Shown: positions 35,910 through 44,056 of the stretch, in pieces
Layout: every line of letters begins with the position of its first letter
Numbering within the stretch: position 1 is the stretch's first letter
Assembly (NCBI GenBank): GCA_024280415.1
Contig: JAJRQE010000071.1
Coordinates: 1-58,999, forward strand
Length of the DNA: 58,999 nt
Source: Spirochaetota bacterium
GTDB lineage: Bacteria > Spirochaetota > Spirochaetia > B11-G9
Direction: 5' to 3'
Position numbers and translations under genes: made by a program
The notes under the pieces: generated by a model
The model's input: the letters and a program-made list of their open reading frames with translations, nothing else
The model's database searches: none
Told to the model about the DNA's origin: nothing

Positions 35910-36053
35910 CTACTCCTCGTTTAAATGAAATATTTCTTTAGTTAATGTATTGGCAATACTTTTTATAGCGATATTCAAATACTTTTCATCCTTAATTTTC
36001 TTCTTCAGTTCAGCAATTTTTTTTGGATCCGTGTGTTTTGCTATACGTATCAT
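35910..36053 (-). CDS. 47-aa mini-ORF with FlgM (anti-sigma-28) C-terminal-like motif; not in the ORF track
   Basis: My translation is MIRIAKHTDPKKIAELKKKIKDEKYLNIAIKSIANTLTKEIFHLNEE. It follows the pattern KIAxLKxxIxxxxYxxxxxxIAxxL seen in FlgM C-termini. Its last codons supply the SD for the next gene. Confidence 0.4.
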   Translation of the reverse strand: MIRIAKHTDPKKIAELKKKIKDEKYLNIAIKSIANTLTKEIFHLNEE

Positions 36054-36108
36054 AGTATTTTAAGTCTCCATAAATAGTTTATAAAAAGAAGCTTAGGTAT
36101 AAAATTAA

Positions 36109-37245
36109 TCATTTACCGGTTCCCCGTGTTTTAATCTCGTCCCTGCTGATGGCTCTGACAATAAATAAATCCTTCTCTGATATTAAATCTGTAAATTTGG
36201 CAGAATCACCCTTCAATATTCTTCCCGCCGGAGACATTAAAATCTGTAAAGTTGGACGAAGAGGTGCATCATTATGAACAAGAGAGACCCTTGCAATAGA
36301 ACTGTCATTAAGAATAACCAGAGAACCGAGAGGATAAATACCCATACTTTTTATAAATACTTTTAAAATACCAGAGTCAAAACGCCTTGAATTATCGTTT
36401 AGAATCTCCCGCATAGCTTTATATCCAATCATGGAACCTCTGTAAGGTCGATCTTTGAGCATTGCACCATAGGCGTCTGCAACAGATATTATCCGTGACG
36501 AAAAGGGAATCTCTTTCCCAGACAGCTTATCAGGATACCCCCTACCGTCCCATCTTTCATGATGGTGTAAAGCTATCCTTCCAATTTCGTCCTTATATTT
36601 AAGAGATTTTGTAATAAGCTTGTAAGTATAAAGAGGATGCAGGTGGATAACTTTCAGTTCATCATCAGTAAGGTCAGATTTCTTTTCCAGTAATACCTCA
36701 GGAAGCTTGGTCATACCGATATCATGAAGCAGAGCAGCTACAGCAAGGGATATAAGCCGGCTGTTAATTATTTTCAACTGTCTGCCCAAAATAATAGAGA
36801 CGATCATACAGTTTAACGAACTCTGAACAAGATCAAACTCCATTCCAAGAGATATCATGGTCATAGACTTTAATTCTTCCGGCTTATCTCTGAGAAGTGA
36901 AAATACATCTGTTATTATATTATCAATTTCAACCTTATCTGCCTTTGAATAACCCTTAATATCCTTAAATACAACATCGAGTCTGTTCACTATTTTTGTA
37001 TAGGTTTTTAATACTGATTTATCCCCTTTAAAATCGGCAAGACCATCATTTTTTTCTTCAGATAGTTCTGCAGAGACGGGGTTTCCCTCTGTTTCAACAT
37101 ACTCAATATTCCAGCGGATCAACCTCTTAATATCTTTTTCTTTAATTTCAATATTTTCAGGCACAAGAAGGTTTTCACCATCAAGGTAAACAGGAGCAGA
37201 GAATCTCATTCCAGATTTCAAATCATCAACTTTAATTTTTTTCAT
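36109..37245 (-). CDS. HD-GYP domain c-di-GMP phosphodiesterase
   Basis: LLHDIGMTKL...HHHERWDGRGYPDKL...ISVADAYGAM. N-terminal KVDDLKSGMRF is DUF3391-like. Confidence 0.9.
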   Translation of the reverse strand: MKKIKVDDLKSGMRFSAPVYLDGENLLVPENIEIKEKDIKRLIRWNIEYVETEGNPVSAELSEEKNDGLADFKGDKSVLKTYTKIVNRLDVVFKDIKGYSKADKVEIDNIITDVFSLLRDKPEELKSMTMISLGMEFDLVQSSLNCMIVSIILGRQLKIINSRLISLAVAALLHDIGMTKLPEVLLEKKSDLTDDELKVIHLHPLYTYKLITKSLKYKDEIGRIALHHHERWDGRGYPDKLSGKEIPFSSRIISVADAYGAMLKDRPYRGSMIGYKAMREILNDNSRRFDSGILKVFIKSMGIYPLGSLVILNDSSIARVSLVHNDAPLRPTLQILMSPAGRILKGDSAKFTDLISEKDLFIVRAISRDEIKTRGTGK

Positions 37246-37490
37246 ATTAGTTCCTGCGCCTTTTTTATAAATACAAGTATTTCTGCCACCACATCAAAAA
37301 CTTCTTCAGGTATAAACTCTCCGGGATCCATCATAAACAGAGTATCTGACAAGATTTCATCCTTTACAATAGGGATACTATGCTTTTCTGCAATATCAAG
37401 CAAACTATCTGCAGTATACCCCCTTCCTTTTGTGCTAATAAAAGGAGCAGGAAGTTCATCGTTATACCTTAAAGCAACGGCTTTCTTCAA
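37242..37490 (-). CDS. FlhB C-terminal-domain-only protein (YlqH / EscU-YscU family)
   Basis: 82 aa. KKAVALRYNDELPAPFISTKGRGYTADSLLDIAEKHSIPIVKDEILSDTLF...IPEEVFDVVAEIL matches FlhB-CC starting just after the NPTH cleavage site. Confidence 0.85.
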   Translation of the reverse strand: MKKAVALRYNDELPAPFISTKGRGYTADSLLDIAEKHSIPIVKDEILSDTLFMMDPGEFIPEEVFDVVAEILVFIKKAQELI

Positions 37491-37501
37491 TTCTTTTCCT
37501 C

Positions 37502-38497
37502 TCAGACTGTAAAATCAACACTTTCGAGGCCTTCTGCAGCCGGTTGTGTAAAGCCATCAGTCCAAACTGTCTCTCTATTAATATCGTCAAAAAAAATATC
37601 TTTCTTATAGAGTTTTTCTTTTAATTCCAGAAAAGCAGGACTCCCGGACCAGGGATATTTCGAAGTACTCCTAACAGAAATTTTTCTACCTGTTCCACTC
37701 CGTACAAGATTGAATTCCCACTCAAATCCATCATCTAAAGTTAATACCAGATTACTAATTGTAAATTTATCATCCAGACGAAGTTTTAAAAGTCCGTGCC
37801 CTTTCCTTGAAAAAGAAAAATCCAGAGGGATTATAAGCCAGTTATCATGACCGGCTATTCTATGGTTGAAATATTTAAGCAGATCCATCCCAAAATCAAT
37901 TTTGTTTATTTTTTGTTTCAGATCTTTCTTAATATCATCCTTATCCATTGTTTTTTCAGACCTGTCTTTATTATTATTCCAGTCCGAACTCTGCTGTCTG
38001 CCCCTGCCCCCTGTTAAACTGAGAATTTCAGATACATTCTGATCTGTCAGGGGGATCCCTTTATCCATGAGAAGTATTAAAATCCTGGCTAATCTGTTAT
38101 CTATATTTTTATATCTTTTAACAACTGGCTGCAATCTGGAAAAATATTCAGGAAGGAGGGGCAGTCCCGAATTAATAAGACTATCTGCTATTAACTTGAG
38201 CTCTTTTCCGGGAACTATACCGGAACGTTCAAAAAAAACTGTCTGTGAATCTTTTTTATTTCCGATTACAGTAAGATTAAGTCTGTTTTTAGTCCATTTT
38301 ACCCTGGCTTTAAGTACACTCCCCTGAACAAGATTTTCCGAGGATCTTACAGTAATTGTTTTACCCAAAAGATTAATAGAAAACACACCAGGTTCAATCC
38401 GTCTACCAACGGAAAAAGAGACTACAGCACCGGACTTCAGTAAAGACTGAAATCCGGTATTTTGTGATTTTATATTGATTGTTTCGAGAAGAAACAT
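37502..38497 (-). CDS. Hypothetical protein, possibly YlqG/FliK (hook-length control)-like
   Basis: 331 aa. The call rests on its position upstream of the FlhB-CC gene, as in the Bacillus ylqG-ylqH pair. The sequence has no motif I can name with certainty. Confidence 0.55.
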   Translation of the reverse strand: MFLLETINIKSQNTGFQSLLKSGAVVSFSVGRRIEPGVFSINLLGKTITVRSSENLVQGSVLKARVKWTKNRLNLTVIGNKKDSQTVFFERSGIVPGKELKLIADSLINSGLPLLPEYFSRLQPVVKRYKNIDNRLARILILLMDKGIPLTDQNVSEILSLTGGRGRQQSSDWNNNKDRSEKTMDKDDIKKDLKQKINKIDFGMDLLKYFNHRIAGHDNWLIIPLDFSFSRKGHGLLKLRLDDKFTISNLVLTLDDGFEWEFNLVRSGTGRKISVRSTSKYPWSGSPAFLELKEKLYKKDIFFDDINRETVWTDGFTQPAAEGLESVDFTV

Positions 38498-38510
38498 TTT
38501 ACAGGCAAGC

Positions 38511-38891
38511 CTAGTTACTTGCTTTTTTCTTCTGATCCTTTCTTCTGATTAATTCCGGAACCTTGGCTGCTTTTCCAACCCTGTCACGTATATAGTACAG
38601 TTTAGCCCGTCTTACTCTACCACGTCTGACAACATCAGTACGTTCAACCCGGGGAGAATGGAGAGGGAAAATTCGCTCGACACCTACACCGTAAGACATT
38701 TTCCTTACTGTAAAAGTTTTACGTATGCCAGTGTTATTTATGGCTATTACGAGTCCCTCAAAAATCTGTATTCGTTCAGTCTGACCTTCAATAATCTTAA
38801 AATGTACTTTTACAGTATCTCCAATCCTGAAATTTTCAGGGTTTTCCTTTAACTGCTCTGCTTCAATTTCCTTTATGAGTTCCATGCTCAT
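38511..38891 (-). CDS. rplS: 50S ribosomal protein L19
   Basis: [28 protein letters not shown]...RRAKLYYIR. Confidence 0.95.
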   Translation of the reverse strand: MSMELIKEIEAEQLKENPENFRIGDTVKVHFKIIEGQTERIQIFEGLVIAINNTGIRKTFTVRKMSYGVGVERIFPLHSPRVERTDVVRRGRVRRAKLYYIRDRVGKAAKVPELIRRKDQKKKASN

Positions 38892-38902
38892 CTCCCTTTT
38901 AT

Positions 38903-39583
38903 CTAATAATTACTCTTAATTCCCATAATATCAGGTCTGTTTTGCCTGGTTTTCCTAATACTCTCTTTTCTTCTCCATTCATCTATCTTTGAATGGTTCC
39001 CGGAAACCAAAACCTCCGGCACTTTTAAACCCCTAAAATTGAAAGGTCTTGTATAATGGGGATACTCGAGGAGACCATTTGAAAAGCTCTCATCTATAAG
39101 AGAATCTTCGCTTATTACTCCTTCAAGGAGTCTGTACACTGCATCTATTATTACAAGTGTAGAAACTTCACCCGAAGAGATAACATAATCACCAATGGAG
39201 ATCTCCTCATCCACATACATATCTATTATACGCTGATCCACTCCTTCATATCTACCGCAAATAAACACAAGTTCTTCATATTCTGACAGACGCTCCGCTT
39301 CTTCCTGGCTAAAGAGCGTCCCTGAAGGACTGGGATAGATTACTCTCTTCCTGTGTGCATCGACAGAGTCAAGAGCTCCTGCCAGGGGTTCCACTTTCAA
39401 AACCATTCCGGCTCCACCACCGTAGGGAGAGTCATCACAGCTACGGTGTTTATCAAAAGCAAAATCCCTGATATTTACAGATGAATAATCAATAATTCCC
39501 TTTTCAACGGCCCTTGCCATAATTGAACTTGTGAAAAAACCCTCAATAATCTCAGGAAAAAGAGAAAGCACCTTAATTTTCAT
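38903..39583 (-). CDS. trmD: tRNA (guanine37-N1)-methyltransferase
   Basis: [14 protein letters not shown]...[11 protein letters not shown]...[11 protein letters not shown]. Confidence 0.95.
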   Translation of the reverse strand: MKIKVLSLFPEIIEGFFTSSIMARAVEKGIIDYSSVNIRDFAFDKHRSCDDSPYGGGAGMVLKVEPLAGALDSVDAHRKRVIYPSPSGTLFSQEEAERLSEYEELVFICGRYEGVDQRIIDMYVDEEISIGDYVISSGEVSTLVIIDAVYRLLEGVISEDSLIDESFSNGLLEYPHYTRPFNFRGLKVPEVLVSGNHSKIDEWRRKESIRKTRQNRPDIMGIKSNY

Positions 39584-40077
39584 TGGAGAAGCCAGTCTGC
39601 CTTCAGTTCAACCTGTCTGGTTTCAATATTGACTTCACCAATATACTCATCTTTAAAAGGAACAATAAATGTTCCTTTATCTGTTTTGACCTCAAGAAGA
39701 TCGTTTATACGATTCTCACTTATCCCTATAATAGTTCCAAGGACAGTACCGGAATTAATAATATCACATCCATTAAGATCGGTAAGGTAGTACTCATCCG
39801 CCTCAAGTTGTGCCGCTGACTTACGATCTGTCCAGATTTCCCAGCCGGAATAGGTTTTCCCAACTTCAGGACTCTCTATCCCTTTTAATTTAACAAAAAC
39901 AGTACTACCCGAAGCCTTAATACTCTCAACATCAAAGATCTTTCTTTTTCCTTCCTTCTTTAGTACAAATTCCTTAAGCTTAAGGAAATGATCCGTCTGT
40001 CCGGAAAAACTTAATACCTTTAAAAAACCCTTTACACCATGGGAAGTACGTATTTTACCAATTGCAATCTCATCCAT
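39580..40077 (-). CDS. rimM: 16S rRNA processing protein RimM
   Basis: IGKIRTSHGVKGFLKV plus a PRC-barrel C-terminus, in the rpsP-KH-rimM-trmD-rplS gene order. Confidence 0.9.
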   Translation of the reverse strand: MDEIAIGKIRTSHGVKGFLKVLSFSGQTDHFLKLKEFVLKKEGKRKIFDVESIKASGSTVFVKLKGIESPEVGKTYSGWEIWTDRKSAAQLEADEYYLTDLNGCDIINSGTVLGTIIGISENRINDLLEVKTDKGTFIVPFKDEYIGEVNIETRQVELKADWLLQ

Positions 40078-40088
40078 AATTTAAACCA

Positions 40089-40322
40089 TCAATCAAGGAT
40101 TTCGAGTACAATCCGTTTACCGGTCTTTGTAGCCGATGCACTGATTATCGTTCTCATTGCTTTAGCTATACGACCATGCTTTCCTATAACCTTGCCAATA
40201 TCTTCCTGTGATACCCTTAATTCGAGAATAGTTGATTTTTCGCCTTCGACGATATTAACTTCAACACCCTCAGGATCATCAACCAAAGATTTAGCAATAT
40301 ATACTACAAGATCTTTTTCCAC
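40089..40322 (-). CDS. KH-domain RNA-binding protein (YlqC family)
   Basis: 77 aa. DIGKVIGKHGRIAKAMRTI is the GxxG KH motif. Confidence 0.9.
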   Translation of the reverse strand: MEKDLVVYIAKSLVDDPEGVEVNIVEGEKSTILELRVSQEDIGKVIGKHGRIAKAMRTIISASATKTGKRIVLEILD

Positions 40323-40333
40323 TGAATACCTCT

Positions 40334-40597
40334 TTAACTGCCGGATCTTTCAATAAAAATTTCCTGCTTATTCAGAAGTTTTTTTACTGTAGCTGTTGGC
40401 TGTGCACCCTTAACGAGCCACTCTTTAATTTTGTCCTCTTTGAGAACAACCTGTTTACCTTCTGCTTCGATAGGGTGATAAAGCCCCACTTCGTCCAATG
40501 TTCTACCATCTCTTGGTGCTCTGGAATCCATAACTACAATTCGATAATAGGGTCTCTTTTTTGTTCCAAACCGTTTGAGTCTGATTTTCACGCTCAT
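40334..40597 (-). CDS. rpsP: 30S ribosomal protein S16
   Basis: [32 protein letters not shown]. Confidence 0.95.
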   Translation of the reverse strand: MSVKIRLKRFGTKKRPYYRIVVMDSRAPRDGRTLDEVGLYHPIEAEGKQVVLKEDKIKEWLVKGAQPTATVKKLLNKQEIFIERSGS

Positions 40598-40622
40598 ACG
40601 AACCTCCTAATGTACTTCAACT

Positions 40623-41951
40623 CTATATTCCCAGGCTTTTCATTAAATTAGCCTGGTGTTTCTTGCTTTTTGCTACTTTTTTCATCATCAGCCGGGTTTT
40701 TTCAAATTTTTTCAACAATTTGTTAACATCAAAAACGGCTGTTCCCGATCCACGGGCAATCCTCTTTCTCCTGGAAGGACCGATAATCCTATGATTATAA
40801 CGTTCTTTCATGGTCATGGAAAGTATAATTGCTTCTTCTTTTTTCATTTCCTCCTGATCAATCTCAGACGGATCAATATTACCTTTGGCTCCCGGAATCA
40901 TATCCAGAATTGCATCTATACTGCCCATTTTTCGAACTCTCTGAAACTGTTCCAAATAATCCTGAAGACTAAAAGTGGAAGACTTCATCTTTTCCTGAAG
41001 CTTTTCCGCCTCATCAGTCTCAATAGTCTCCTGAGCTTTTTCAACCAGGGAAACAACATCACCCATTCCAAGTATACGGGATGCTATTCTTTCCGGATAG
41101 AAAGGTTCCAGATCCTCCATTTTTTCACCGACACCAATAAACTTAAGAGGTTGACCGGTAACACTCTTTAAGGATATTGCAGCACCGCCTCTGGCATCAG
41201 AATCAAATTTACTTAAGATAACCCCTGAAATTCCAATTCGTTCATGGAACTCCTTTGCAATAGTTACGGCACTTTGACCGGTCATGGCGTCTGCAATAAA
41301 AAGCGTTTCCACTGGTTTTGAGATATCGGAAATTTTCTTTATCTCCTTCATCATCGCATCATCCAGATGAAGACGCCCTGCTGTATCTATAATAATCGTG
41401 TTAAAACTTTTCTTCTTACTGTAGGCAAGGGCATTTTTCACAACCCTTACTGCATCTTTTGACTCTTCAGAATAGACCTCTACTCCTACCTGCTCCCCCA
41501 AAATCTGCAGCTGCTTAACTGCTGCAGGGCGAACAAGGTCCGCTGCAACAAGTATAGGACGCCTACCCTCTTTTTTTAACTTCAGAGCAAGTTTTGCAGA
41601 AGTAGTTGTTTTACCGGAACCCTGAAGACCCATCAGAAGAATTACTGAATGAGTGTCAGGACCTTTCAGGTTGAGATCCTTTCTCTCGTCACCCAGTAGC
41701 GCCACCAGTCTGTCATAAACAATTTTTACAAACTGCTGACCTGGATCTACAGCTTTTAAAACTTTTTCTCCTGAGGCTTCCTCAATGGTTCGATTTATAA
41801 ATCGCCGAACCACCCTAAGATTAACATCAGCTTCAAGAAGAGTAATTTTTATCTCATCTACAGCTTCCCGAATATTTTTTTCGGAAATTGTTGATTTCCC
41901 TGAAATATTTCTGAAAATATCTGTAAACTTTTGTGAAATCCGATCGAGCAT
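40623..41951 (-). CDS. ffh: Signal recognition particle protein Ffh
   Basis: GLQGSGKTTT, DTAGR, KFDSDARGG and a Met-rich M domain. Confidence 0.95.
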   Translation of the reverse strand: MLDRISQKFTDIFRNISGKSTISEKNIREAVDEIKITLLEADVNLRVVRRFINRTIEEASGEKVLKAVDPGQQFVKIVYDRLVALLGDERKDLNLKGPDTHSVILLMGLQGSGKTTTSAKLALKLKKEGRRPILVAADLVRPAAVKQLQILGEQVGVEVYSEESKDAVRVVKNALAYSKKKSFNTIIIDTAGRLHLDDAMMKEIKKISDISKPVETLFIADAMTGQSAVTIAKEFHERIGISGVILSKFDSDARGGAAISLKSVTGQPLKFIGVGEKMEDLEPFYPERIASRILGMGDVVSLVEKAQETIETDEAEKLQEKMKSSTFSLQDYLEQFQRVRKMGSIDAILDMIPGAKGNIDPSEIDQEEMKKEEAIILSMTMKERYNHRIIGPSRRKRIARGSGTAVFDVNKLLKKFEKTRLMMKKVAKSKKHQANLMKSLGI

Positions 41952-41974
41952 ACCTATCCCCGGGAGTTTTTGAT

Positions 41975-42003
41975 TTTATACAGTAAATCAGGGGATATGT
42001 CAA
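41975..42003 (-). promoter_or_regulatory. Candidate sigma70 promoter for the ffh operon, TTGACA-17-TATAAA
   Basis: Minus strand: TTGACA (42003..41998), TATAAA (41980..41975), 23-nt leader with GGGGATAGG. Confidence 0.5.
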
Positions 42004-42041
42004 TTACCAGCTGTCATGCACAGCAGTACAAAACCCCTGTT

Positions 42042-42332
42042 TTACTTAGTCATTTTACCAATTGTAGTAATTAATTCATCAACTACAGCTAAATTCCCTT
42101 CTTTTATCTGATGAACAACACAGCTCTTTATATGAGCCTCCAAAAGTGTTTTACGTACCCCGTTAATGGCAGCTTCCACACTTAAAAACTGGTTTAAAAT
42201 ATCGTCACAATAAAGGTCCTCATCGATCATCCTTGCAATCCCTCGAATTTGACCCTCTATTTTCTTTAAACGGTTTATCATATTTGATTTAGTCGTATAT
42301 GGATGATGAGCCGTTCTTTTTTCTTTTGCCAT
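42042..42332 (-). CDS. CsoR/RcnR-family metal-sensing repressor
   Basis: INRLKKIEGQIRGIARMIDEDLYCDDILNQFLSVEAAI...HIKSC is the DUF156 pattern with Cys/His ligands. I prefer ATG 42332; the track start is 42365. Confidence 0.85.
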   Translation of the reverse strand: MAKEKRTAHHPYTTKSNMINRLKKIEGQIRGIARMIDEDLYCDDILNQFLSVEAAINGVRKTLLEAHIKSCVVHQIKEGNLAVVDELITTIGKMTK

Positions 42333-42453
42333 ACCCCCCCCGTTATGCAATACATGAAAATACATTACAAAAGAATATATTTCAACATAAATATCATAAA
42401 GGCTTTCACATTCCAGACTATAAGTCTGTTTTTTTAAAATTTACAACAAAATA

Positions 42454-43677
42454 CTATCTTATATCTATATATCTGCGTTTCAAAAATCTGTACCGGTTCT
42501 GAGATTCATCCCAATACAGGGATCCTGGATATTCATCAATCAGCTTTTTATAATATCCGGCAGATATTCTCTCATCCCGCAGGGGGGTATCAGACTCGTA
42601 TATCTTTCCAAGAATGTACAAAAAGTAGTCAGAAGAATTATTATAACCGCTTTTGCTGAAAAAAGTTTCAATAAGGATTGCAGATTCTTCCAGATATAAT
42701 CCTTTGTAGAACCGATCAGCTATTTCCGGTACCAGAAGTTCAAGAGCAGGTAAATCAGATTTTATAATATCTTCTGCTATTCCGGATAAACCCTCCATAT
42801 TATCTTCCCCAAGATACTCTTCCACCTGCTGAATCAGCGAAAGAACTTCTGCCTCAGGCTCTGAGGGAAGGTCCTGAGCTGAAATTTTCTCTTTACCCGA
42901 AGCACCCTCGGGGATTATTGTTAGAGATACTATTTCCCTGCGAAATATATTGTTTGCAAGATCCTGATACTGGAATTCAAGTGTTCTCTCACCTTCCCCG
43001 ACTGCTGAAAAGGTATAAACCGTATTGTCCGATAAAAATTTTCTCCCCTTATATTCAATACCCCCTTCCTCTGAAGGAAGGTAAGTCCATCCCCTACCGG
43101 AGAGGGTAATTTCCACTTCAGAATTGGAAACAGTTGTTAAATTACGTTCTGTTATATTTTGTAGAGTAACCCTGTCGGATGATTTTGGTACAGTCAAAGA
43201 AGCAGCTGATCCCCGGTTATTAAGTTCCGCAGAAACTACAACCCCGACATCCAGACTGGAATCGGTTATTTCATCAGATTTCTCTATAAATTCAGGAATA
43301 ATTACAGTTTCTATATCACCAGGGACCTTTTTAGAAAATATTACCTCAGGAGCTTCCCGAACTACCTCTCTTATTTTTACTACAGGAAGAACCGCCTCCG
43401 GAAGAACCCCAGCAGGTTCAGGACTGCTCCACTCCATCTGATCAACTTTTACAGATTCAGTGATAATTTCAGAGTAATCCATACTGGATTGTGGAAGTTT
43501 TGATTCTACCTCTTTTTCCTCAGGAATCAGAGTAATATTTTCCTGTACTTCTCTTTTTTCCGGGATCTTTGTATCAGATTCTGATAATCCTACAGGAAGC
43601 CCTCGGGAAACACAGGCTGTAAAAACCAGAGCCGAAAGGAGTAATAGTATATTAGGGAACATCTTTAAATAGTTCAT
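42454..43677 (-). CDS. Lipoprotein/secreted protein of unknown function
   Basis: LLLLSALVFTAC is a lipobox-like N-terminus, followed by an acidic linker and a helical C-terminus. 407 aa. Confidence 0.65.
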   Translation of the reverse strand: MNYLKMFPNILLLLSALVFTACVSRGLPVGLSESDTKIPEKREVQENITLIPEEKEVESKLPQSSMDYSEIITESVKVDQMEWSSPEPAGVLPEAVLPVVKIREVVREAPEVIFSKKVPGDIETVIIPEFIEKSDEITDSSLDVGVVVSAELNNRGSAASLTVPKSSDRVTLQNITERNLTTVSNSEVEITLSGRGWTYLPSEEGGIEYKGRKFLSDNTVYTFSAVGEGERTLEFQYQDLANNIFRREIVSLTIIPEGASGKEKISAQDLPSEPEAEVLSLIQQVEEYLGEDNMEGLSGIAEDIIKSDLPALELLVPEIADRFYKGLYLEESAILIETFFSKSGYNNSSDYFLYILGKIYESDTPLRDERISAGYYKKLIDEYPGSLYWDESQNRYRFLKRRYIDIR

Positions 43678-44056
43678 AAATTAACTTCTCGTTCTCATTT
43701 TCCAGGTAATTCAGGATGGCCTCTTCCGGATCCTGCCAATATTTCTCAATTTCCTCTCTGGTCCATCTATCTCTGTCCGAACGGAAAGGAATCCATTTAT
43801 CCTCCCAGAGATGCTTGAAGGACTCGGGAAAGAGATACTCTGATATATCTGCCTTTTTTACGGATAGATCAATACTCTGTTTTTCCATTTTGCCGTACTG
43901 AATATAAGACGGAAGGAAAATAATAAGGGTAATAAAAAGAGCTGTCAGGGTTACACATGCAACTACAATAAGATAAATTTTGAGTTCTTTGCTGCTAATC
44001 CATACCATCAGGTAAAAAACCTCATTGAGAATTATCTCCCTTTTTATCTGATTCAA
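43652..44056 (-). CDS. Small single-pass membrane protein (alternative start ATG 44008)
   Basis: One TM (IYLIVVACVTLTALFITLIIFL). Lies downstream of smc. The track start overlaps smc by 35 nt. Confidence 0.55.
   Translation of the reverse strand: MNQIKREIILNEVFYLMVWISSKELKIYLIVVACVTLTALFITLIIFLPSYIQYGKMEKQSIDLSVKKADISEYLFPESFKHLWEDKWIPFRSDRDRWTREEIEKYWQDPEEAILNYLENENEKLIYELFKDVP

Noticed and set aside
40656-41171. 171-aa plus-strand ORF inside ffh, and similar ORFs at 46267..46845 and 44275..45558 inside smc
   Set aside because: These are antisense shadows of strongly supported genes, with no independent signals.
43652-44056. Possible frameshifted C-terminal extension of smc
   Set aside because: SMC ends normally after the Walker B/D-loop region. 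The downstream ORF is a separate small TM protein with its own plausible ATG at 44008.
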